38,143 nucleotides of DNA from contig JAFYON010000024.1 of the NCBI GenBank assembly GCA_017560145.1, forward strand, positions 1 through 38,143, written 5' to 3'. This DNA comes from Clostridia bacterium (GTDB lineage: Bacteria; Bacillota; Clostridia; Oscillospirales; CAG-382). Every line of letters begins with the position of its first letter. The first letter of the stretch is position 1. A program made the translations under genes and the position numbers. Of this stretch, positions 18,882 to 25,570 are shown in pieces. The notes beneath the pieces were generated by a model. That model saw only the letters and a program-made list of their open reading frames with translations, searched no databases and was not told where the DNA came from.

Positions 18882-19598
18882 ATGAGAAACAAGATAATGT
18901 GTCTTTTATTGGTATGTGCTTCGTTGTTTGCTATTTTCATATTGAATTCAAATGCTATAGAAACTGAGTTCGATTTTTTGCCACTTGATGAAAATGAGAA
19001 AAAAACTTTTTTGTCAAATGTTTCCTTCTCTGAGGTTGCGCATAGCGAATCCAAGAACCCTATTGAAAGCTTCGATGTTAATAATAATGGTATAGTAGCT
19101 ATTGTACATAGCAACTACAATGATAAAGCAATAACCTTTTTAAACGGCGATGGATTAGTTTTGGGCAGATTGGAATTTAGTAGCGATGGAGATGTTGGCG
19201 TAAAATGGGAAGATGACGATAACTTGTTGGTTTATTTCGTTCGAAGTGATGTAATTGCAACGGTATCACAAAAAGGCGAAATTCTGGAATTGCACAAGAT
19301 AACCACATCGTCAGAAAAATATTATGAGTGGAGAGAGCAGTTTCGTTTCACTACAAAAGAAATAAATGAAGTTAAATATTCGCTCAAAAATGATTTTGGC
19401 TTTTTCAATATGTTCGCATCCTCATATTCACAGTTAATCTTAACTTCTTCGGACGGCAATGAGCAAAAACTTTATGATGCAAGTTCGTTATATTTAGAAC
19501 GTGTTGTGGTTGGTTTCGTCGCGGTATGTTTCTTTATAATAATAGTGACGTTTGTTGTAATCAGATTATTTATTACTAGCAAAAATAAAGAGACATAA
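18882..19598 (+). CDS. Putative cognate immunity protein: signal peptide, extracellular beta-rich domain, C-terminal TM anchor
   Basis: ATG one base after the RHS stop, with GGAG RBS inside the RHS 3' end. N-terminus MRNKIMCLLLVCASLFAIFILNSNA; C-terminus VVVGFVAVCFFIIIVTFVVIRLF then KNK. AT-rich like the RHS tip. The immunity role is inferred from position. Confidence 0.75.
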   Translation: MRNKIMCLLLVCASLFAIFILNSNAIETEFDFLPLDENEKKTFLSNVSFSEVAHSESKNPIESFDVNNNGIVAIVHSNYNDKAITFLNGDGLVLGRLEFSSDGDVGVKWEDDDNLLVYFVRSDVIATVSQKGEILELHKITTSSEKYYEWREQFRFTTKEINEVKYSLKNDFGFFNMFASSYSQLILTSSDGNEQKLYDASSLYLERVVVGFVAVCFFIIIVTFVVIRLFITSKNKET

Positions 19599-19644
19599 TG
19601 GATTGCTTTGACATCTGTGTTTGAAATTTTAATAATCAAGACAC

Positions 19645-19684
19645 AAAAGACCGAGGAGTGTAAATTTTCACTCCTCGGCCTTTT
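19645..19684. terminator. Terminator after the toxin/immunity pair
   Basis: AAAAGACCGAGGAGTG-taaatttt-CACTCCTCGGCCTTTT. Confidence 0.85.
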
Positions 19685-19866
19685 CGCTATAATCACAACT
19701 TATTCCAAAGCAAATATCCTTTTCTTGAATCGTTTAAAACACTCGCCGTATGCGAATAATATTCTTTGACGCTCTCTGTTAGTCTCTTCGGCCCTTTTAG
19801 CCTTATTCCTTTGTCGTCGGTAAAGGACGTTAGCCAAAACGAAGGAAAAATACATGTTTTTGATAA

Positions 19867-19910
19867 GAAAAAAAGAGCCCCCCTTGTTCTTAACAACAAG
19901 GAGGGCTTTC
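19867..19910 (-). terminator. Terminator-like hairpin
   Basis: AGAGCCCCCTTGTT-cttaac-AACAAGGAGGGCTTT preceded by an A7 run, which is a U tract on the minus strand. Confidence 0.65.
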
Positions 19911-20079
19911 TCAATAGAAACTCATAATCTTCTTAACTTAATGACATTGGGGTGAAACTTCACCTCTGTTTTTAATATCACCAATATGTCGAAAAGATAG
20001 AAATCCTAGAAGCGATAAAATCTTCATAAGTTAGGGGTCTGGTGATAGAATAAAACAAATACTAAAAGGAGATAAAAAC

Positions 20080-20376
20080 ATGAAAAAGATTTTGTTAATA
20101 AGTTTGAGTATACTGCTTTCTTTTTTGATGGCGGTGTACGCTATTCCGGCGGTTACATTAGCCGAGGTTTTTGGTACCGATGTGTCGGATATCGGAGAAA
20201 TATCTGACATCGAGTCAGATGGTGGAGGTGACGCAAATATAGTAGTGCCGCCGGAAGACGATGTGGTCGTAGAGAGCGAGATCATAACAAAGAGAACATC
20301 AAATTCAAAAACATATAAGCTTTCAGATGGCTCGTACAAAACTGTAATATACGGCGCAGATATTATTCACATTTGA
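20080..20376 (+). pseudogene. N-terminal relic of a second secreted RHS/DNRLRE-type protein
   Basis: AAGGAG RBS and signal peptide, then EIITKRTSNSKTYKLSDGSYKTVIYGADIIH, which aligns with EVTENRTETSKTFRMSDGSYVAADYGKPIH of the full RHS protein. Stops immediately after. Confidence 0.75.
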
Positions 20377-20534
20377 AAATGAAAGCAAAGATGACTTGGA
20401 CAGAAAAATTAAATTTCTAAAAGACTATTGTTCTACAATTGACATTGTTAAATACTAATCCTTTCAACAGATGGTTTTATATCTCTACGAACTAGATTTT
20501 CATGGATATCCATTTTAGTATAATATGTGGCATC

Positions 20535-20564
20535 ATCTAATAAAAATCTAATATTTATCTAATA
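20535..20564 (+). repeat. Three ATCTAATA direct repeats with 11-bp period (candidate arm-type sites)
   Basis: Copies at 20535, 20546 and 20557. TCTAATAAAATC also occurs at the other island end (11162). Confidence 0.65.
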
Positions 20565-20730
20565 AAATCGTGAATAATCCGAGCAATTTCAAAAAATATG
20601 ATGTCGCAATGTTTTTGAGGATTTTCCATCTGCAAAATCGGGAAACCTCTTGAAAACACTTGATTTTTATGATAAAGTAAAACATACTAAATGCGGCCAA
20701 AATCAACTAATTTCAAGCGTTAGACGTCCG

Positions 20731-20789
20731 CTCGAAATCGGTTTGTGGGAAACCACACGAGGGTTCGAATCCCTCCCTCTGCGCCAAAA
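20731..20789 (+). repeat. att site, distal copy (displaced 3' half of tRNA-Ser)
   Basis: Begins exactly at the anticodon loop CTCGAAA and lacks the 5' half of the tRNA. Confidence 0.93.
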
Positions 20790-20790
20790 C

Positions 20791-20818
20791 AAAAGCCATC
20801 CAGACGGATGGTTTTTTG
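20791..20818 (+). terminator. Probable original tRNA terminator
   Basis: AAAGCCATCC-agac-GGATGGTTTTTT directly after the displaced tRNA 3' end. Confidence 0.8.
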
Positions 20819-20935
20819 TTTTGGCTATATGGGGTCCCCGAAAACGCTTGTCGTTTTTTGGGTAAATTAAAGGTATTCGAAGGGCGAGGGGAAAGGTGTC
20901 GGAGAGAATCCCGAGGAGGGCGCACAAAAAACATA

Positions 20936-20964
20936 TTGCGGTGGCGTTGCTTTTGTGGTATAAT
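20936..20964 (+). promoter_or_regulatory. Sigma-A promoter
   Basis: TTGCGG, 17 nt, TATAAT with an extended -10 TG. Confidence 0.7.
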
Positions 20965-20993
20965 ATCAAGGCAGTATACTTTGGGGGCAGGCA

Positions 20994-21485
20994 ATGGGAT
21001 TCCTTGATTCGTATAAACGTCTCGAAAAATTATGTGGCGAAGTGCTTAATGACAACAGGCGCGTTTCTGCATACATTGACGAAATGTTAAGAACGCCGAA
21101 CGGTTCGTATTATGTACGATCTTGGGACGAGGATCTGAAGAATCTTAAGCATTACCGTTGGGTCAGAAATCAAATATCTCATGACCCTGCGTGTACCGAG
21201 CGAAATATGTGCTCGCCTAAAGATGCATTGTGGATCGATAATTTTTACTCTCGTATTATGAATCAAACCGATCCGTTGTCCCTATATCGCACCGCGGCCC
21301 GTTCTCGCCGCGTAGTTAAACCTACATCGAGAGGCGCACAAAACACCGGCAAACACAATCAGCCGACCGGCAGTAAAAAGACCAAAGGGAAGAACGCGGG
21401 TTGCGCAGTCTTTGCAGCTCTCTTTTTAGCTTCGGTTGCAGGAATCGTGTTGTTGATACACTTTTTATTAACACGATATTGTTAA
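20994..21485 (+). CDS. Hypothetical protein with HEPN-like RxxxxH motif and C-terminal TM helix (resembles DUF6548, from memory)
   Basis: Helical N-terminal domain with RNQISH (21165-21182), basic linker, and hydrophobic tail AGCAVFAALFLASVAGIVLLIHFLL. Confidence 0.7.
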   Translation: MGFLDSYKRLEKLCGEVLNDNRRVSAYIDEMLRTPNGSYYVRSWDEDLKNLKHYRWVRNQISHDPACTERNMCSPKDALWIDNFYSRIMNQTDPLSLYRTAARSRRVVKPTSRGAQNTGKHNQPTGSKKTKGKNAGCAVFAALFLASVAGIVLLIHFLLTRYC

Positions 21486-21531
21486 GGGCTTCTCTTGTTT
21501 TTGCACGTTCAATAACCCTGTTGCTTGGGTG

Positions 21532-21560
21532 TTGACAGAATCGGCGGAATGCGGTACAAT
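21532..21560 (+). promoter_or_regulatory. Sigma-A promoter for the potassium uptake operon
   Basis: TTGACA, 17 nt, TACAAT. Confidence 0.8.
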
Positions 21561-21634
21561 TGAAATAAGAAAACAAAGGAACTGGCTGACCGCAGAGGGC
21601 GTTGGTTCCTTTGCGCTTTCAGAGGAAAAAAGAA

Positions 21635-22996
21635 ATGGTTAGAAAAAAGAAGCATTCGTTCTCGACCACACAAATAATATTGTTCAGCTTCCTCGCGACG
21701 ATTTTTGTCGGAAGCGCGCTTTTGGCATTGCCAATCAGCTCGGCTTCGGGTGAATCGGTGCCGTATCTCGATGCGCTTTTCACGGCGACGACCTCCACGT
21801 GTGTGACGGGGCTTGTCACGCTGCCCACGGTATCAACGTGGAGCGTGTTCGGGCAGGTCGTTATATTGCTTTTAATACAGATCGGCGGTCTTGGTATAAT
21901 TACGATAATGTCGGGACTGATGATACTTTTAAACCGAAAAATGGGAATAAGCGACCGCTTGCTCATTCAGGACGCTTTTAACCTCAACACTATGTCGGGG
22001 CTTGCCAAGTTTGTAAAGAACGTGTTGTTCGGCACGCTTGTTATCGAGGGCATCGGCGCTGCTTTGTATATGCTCGTTTTCGTCCCCGAATTCGGTGCAA
22101 GGGGCGTTTGGATATCGGTGTTCAATTCGATTTCGGCGTTTTGCAATGCGGGAATCGATATTATCGGCGAAAACAGTCTTTGCAATTATGCGACAAATCC
22201 GCTTATAAACGCCGTGACCTCCGCACTTATAATTCTCGGCGGTCTTGGGTATATCGTTTGGTGGGACGTGCTTCGCGTTATAAAAAGCAGAAGCTCCAAA
22301 AACAGAAGAATATTCAGACATCTTACGCTTCAAAGCAAGATCGCGATCACCGTTACGGCAGGCTTGCTTTTAATCGGTGCGGCGCTTATATTTATATTCG
22401 AATACGAAAACCCTGCGACGATCGGAAATATGTCGCTGTTTGATAAAATCCAAGCATCCTTCTTCCAGTCGGTCACCACAAGAACCGCAGGCTTTGCCGC
22501 TATCGCGCAGGAAAATCTTACTAACGCGTCTGCGGCGGTTTCGATAATATTAATGCTCATCGGCGGCTCGCCCGTTGGTACGGCAGGCGGTATGAAAACC
22601 GTGACTATTGCGGTGCTTGTATGCTCGGCGTTTGCAACTGTTCGCAACAAGAGCAGCGCAACTCTGTTCGGGCGCCGCATTTCCGAGGAATCGGTTAAAA
22701 AGGCGGTTGCCGTAACCGTGACGTTCCTTACGATCTTCGCGATTTCGACAATATTGCTTATGGCTTCGACCGATGCGGATGCTCTTGACGTCGTTTATGA
22801 AACGGTCAGCGCGACTGCGACGGTTGGACTTACAAGGAATTTAACGTCGACGTTAAACGTTTTCGGCAAGCTGGTTATAATCGTAACGATGTATTTCGGC
22901 AGAGTCGGCCCGATATCGCTTGCGGTGGCGCTTGGCAGCAGAAACGAAAGTCAGAACGTTATTTCCGAACCGACGGAAGATATTAGCATAGGATAA
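21635..22996 (+). CDS. ktrB: Ktr/Trk potassium uptake membrane subunit (KtrB/TrkH family)
   Basis: Four pore motifs (TCVTGL, FCNAG, TRTAGF, TATVGL), GGSPVGTAGGMKT and GRVGP. ATG 21635 follows GAGG. Confidence 0.92.
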   Translation: MVRKKKHSFSTTQIILFSFLATIFVGSALLALPISSASGESVPYLDALFTATTSTCVTGLVTLPTVSTWSVFGQVVILLLIQIGGLGIITIMSGLMILLNRKMGISDRLLIQDAFNLNTMSGLAKFVKNVLFGTLVIEGIGAALYMLVFVPEFGARGVWISVFNSISAFCNAGIDIIGENSLCNYATNPLINAVTSALIILGGLGYIVWWDVLRVIKSRSSKNRRIFRHLTLQSKIAITVTAGLLLIGAALIFIFEYENPATIGNMSLFDKIQASFFQSVTTRTAGFAAIAQENLTNASAAVSIILMLIGGSPVGTAGGMKTVTIAVLVCSAFATVRNKSSATLFGRRISEESVKKAVAVTVTFLTIFAISTILLMASTDADALDVVYETVSATATVGLTRNLTSTLNVFGKLVIIVTMYFGRVGPISLAVALGSRNESQNVISEPTEDISIG

Positions 22997-23007
22997 GGAG
23001 AAATATT

Positions 23008-23661
23008 ATGAAAGCAAAGAAAACGTACGCAGTGTTCGGACTCGGCAGATACGGAATTGCCGTGGCAAAGGAGCTTGTGGAAAACGGTATGGAGATAATT
23101 GCGGTCGATAGCGATCAGAGGATCGTTAACGATGCGGCGGCGTATCTTCCGGTTTGCAAATGCGCCGACGTGACCGATGCCGAGGTTATTTCGCGTCTTG
23201 GTATCGGCAATATCGATACGGTTATCGTTTGTATGGCAGGAAATCTCGAGGCAAGCGTAATGGCGGTAACGCTTTGCAAGGAAGCAGGCGTTAAAAACGT
23301 TATTGCAAAATGCGCCAACGAAATGCAACAAAAAATATTGCTCCGCGTGGGTGCCGACAAGGTGGTTTTCCCCGAAAAGGAATCCGGCGTTCGCCTTGCA
23401 AAGAACCTTTTAAGCTCGGGCTTTATCGATATGATCTCTCTTTCAAAGGACGTTTCTATGGTAGAAATCGACGTGAAGGAGGAGTGGTGCGGTAAAAACC
23501 TTATCGAGCTTAATCTCCGCAAAAAATACGGCTTTAACATAGTTGCTCTTAAAAAGGGCGAATCGGTCACCGTGAACATCAACCCCGAGCAGCCGCTCGA
23601 TGCCGAAACCACAATGATCGTTATTGCCAATACGGCAAAATTGGGCAAGCTTAACGGTTAA
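23008..23661 (+). CDS. ktrA: Ktr/Trk potassium uptake RCK regulatory subunit (KtrA/TrkA family)
   Basis: Rossmann motif VFGLGRYG, GADKVVFPE, and RCK_C GKNLIELNLRKKYGFNIVA. Confidence 0.93.
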   Translation: MKAKKTYAVFGLGRYGIAVAKELVENGMEIIAVDSDQRIVNDAAAYLPVCKCADVTDAEVISRLGIGNIDTVIVCMAGNLEASVMAVTLCKEAGVKNVIAKCANEMQQKILLRVGADKVVFPEKESGVRLAKNLLSSGFIDMISLSKDVSMVEIDVKEEWCGKNLIELNLRKKYGFNIVALKKGESVTVNINPEQPLDAETTMIVIANTAKLGKLNG

Positions 23662-23699
23662 AGGCTGTTCCGACCATTTTAAAAAGGCGGTAAGATCAA

Positions 23700-24884
23700 T
23701 TGAACAACGAATTTAAATCCCGCAAGGACAAAACAAGCATTGTATTTACCGGCGATATTGGTTTTGACAAGTATATGGCAGGGAAGTGGGAGGATGAAAA
23801 TCTGATTTCCAAGCCTCTGCTTGACTTTTTGAAAAGCGGCGAGCATCTTTGCATAAACGTTGAAGGCGCGCTTATCGATGCGGTCGACGACGGAACGCGC
23901 GGTGTGTTTTTTCATTGTATGAACCCAAATGCAGTGCGGGTTTTTGAAAAAATCGGCGCTGACATCTGGAGCATCGGCAACAACCACACTATGGATGCCG
24001 GCAGAGAAGGTGTTGTAAGCACCAAAGAACACGCGAAAAAAAGCGGTGCGCTTGCCTTTGGCGCAGGGCTTAACGATAAAGAGGCGTCCGAGCCGATCTA
24101 TCTCGACGAGGCGGGCGGAATCGGTATTTTCGGCGTGAGCTATATGGCGGAATGCATCCCTGCGACAAAAACAGATGCAGGCGTTTTCCGTTGGGACGAT
24201 ATGGAGTATATCCAAGCGCGTATCGACGAGATCAAATCCAAATGCCGTTGGTGCATCGTTGTTGCGCACGGCGGCGAGGAATTTGCACCGATGCCCAACC
24301 CGTATACGCGCGACAGATATTTGAAATATTTGGAAATGGGCGCAGACGCGGTCGTCGCACATCATACCCACGTTCCCGAAAATTACGAAATCACCAAGGA
24401 CGGCAAGCCGATCTTTTATTCGTTGGGTAACTTTATTTTCGATACCGATTATCAAAGAGTGCATAAATACACCGATACGGGAATTGTGTTAAAGCTCAAC
24501 TTTACTCTCGATTCCTTGGAGTTTGAAGCGGTCGGCACAAAGATAAACAGACAAAACGAAACGATCGATATTAACGCTCTTCCCGATATTTTCACGAATA
24601 TCGACAGCGAGGAATTCGCGCTTCTTTCGCCGCTTTCGGCAAAGGCCTTTATTATTTCGGATATGCGGAAGATGCAATTTTTAGAGCCCGACCGTTTTAT
24701 AAATGCCGAGCAAAGCGTTTGGGACGGTTACTTTTTCAGCACCGAGCCCGACGGATATTTCGAGGGTGCGCATATGGATCTTAGCGTTATCGTTCCGCTT
24801 TCCAAGGAAGCCGAGAAGAACGAATGGCAAAAGAGCAAGCTTGATAAGGTCAAAAACTACATATTGAAGCAAATTGAGGGATAA
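23700..24884 (+). CDS. CapA/PGA_cap family metallophosphoesterase-like protein
   Basis: FTGDI, NVEG, GNNHTMDAG, HGGEE, HHTHVP, YSLGNFIFD motifs. TTG start. Confidence 0.85.
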   Translation: MNNEFKSRKDKTSIVFTGDIGFDKYMAGKWEDENLISKPLLDFLKSGEHLCINVEGALIDAVDDGTRGVFFHCMNPNAVRVFEKIGADIWSIGNNHTMDAGREGVVSTKEHAKKSGALAFGAGLNDKEASEPIYLDEAGGIGIFGVSYMAECIPATKTDAGVFRWDDMEYIQARIDEIKSKCRWCIVVAHGGEEFAPMPNPYTRDRYLKYLEMGADAVVAHHTHVPENYEITKDGKPIFYSLGNFIFDTDYQRVHKYTDTGIVLKLNFTLDSLEFEAVGTKINRQNETIDINALPDIFTNIDSEEFALLSPLSAKAFIISDMRKMQFLEPDRFINAEQSVWDGYFFSTEPDGYFEGAHMDLSVIVPLSKEAEKNEWQKSKLDKVKNYILKQIEG

Positions 24885-25010
24885 ATTATAAAAAAACCAT
24901 CCAAATTCAATATGGACACAGGCATTGTTGGCTATCGGCACCAAGTATAATGCTCCTCTCCGGTTTAAATTATTTGATTTTCCAGCACCGTATAGAAAGG
25001 AGGAAAAGCG

Positions 25011-25403
25011 ATGAACGATATAGATACAATAATGGACATGCTTAACTGGCATCAACCCGAAGACATTCAAGCTGAAGGTAGAAAAATTGCACAAAATGTC
25101 AAATGTATATCTGTCTTTGTTATGCCGATAAACGGAAAGTGCGTTTGGGATAATTGTGCGATGATTTTAAGCGAAAAGAATGACGACGAATTAAAACACA
25201 TTTTACCAAATCTGCTTTTTTGGTTTATAGATATCAATTGGCCGGGTTCTCTTTGTATTTGGGACAGGTTGTTGAAGTTTAAAGATAAGGAATGGATGTC
25301 TTTGTTTTTGAATTCTCGTATGAAAATGGCCTTAAATTACAATGAGATTTGGTTGCACACTTTACAAGAGTTCAAACAGGAATACGATGTGTTGAATCCA
25401 TAA
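25011..25403 (+). CDS. Hypothetical AT-rich helical protein (resembles DUF5071, from memory)
   Basis: Strong AAGGAGG RBS; WDNCAMIL...LLFWFIDINWPGS motif. Confidence 0.7.
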   Translation: MNDIDTIMDMLNWHQPEDIQAEGRKIAQNVKCISVFVMPINGKCVWDNCAMILSEKNDDELKHILPNLLFWFIDINWPGSLCIWDRLLKFKDKEWMSLFLNSRMKMALNYNEIWLHTLQEFKQEYDVLNP

Positions 25404-25489
25404 CTATATGTTTTTATGAATGATTTTTGTTTCCAACCATTGTTTTGACTTCGGCGCACATCTTTAACGCGTCGGTATTTGCCTCGCAT

Positions 25490-25535
25490 AAAAAAGACCG
25501 TGGAACTGTGTAGCAGTTCCACGGTCTTCTATTTT
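25490..25535. terminator. Bidirectional terminator
   Basis: AAGACCGTGGAACTG-tgtag-CAGTTCCACGGTCTT 15-bp stem between convergent genes. Confidence 0.88.
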
Positions 25536-25570
25536 TATTTTGTCCTTGCTTTCCTCAAGGTTTTTTTGTT

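Larger units (their letters stand above)
10808..20789. mobile_element. tRNA-Ser-integrated genomic island (degenerate integrative element) carrying an RHS toxin locus
   Basis: Flanked by a 59-bp direct repeat of the tRNA 3' half; integrase remnant and excisionase-like gene next to the tRNA; AT-rich segments inside. Confidence 0.9.

Noticed and set aside
20031-20339. Minus-strand 102-aa ORF
   Set aside because: Antisense to the RHS relic, which has an RBS, a signal peptide and internal homology support.
20731-20786. Second tRNA gene
   Set aside because: Only the anticodon loop to CCA is present; there is no acceptor 5' strand or D arm. It is the att duplicate.
21560-21635. c-di-AMP (ydaO/yuaA) riboswitch before ktrB
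   Set aside because: The leader is only about 70 nt and lacks the conserved motifs.
23700-24884. Poly-gamma-glutamate capsule locus
   Set aside because: Only a CapA-family domain is present; no capB/capC synthetase genes are in the window.
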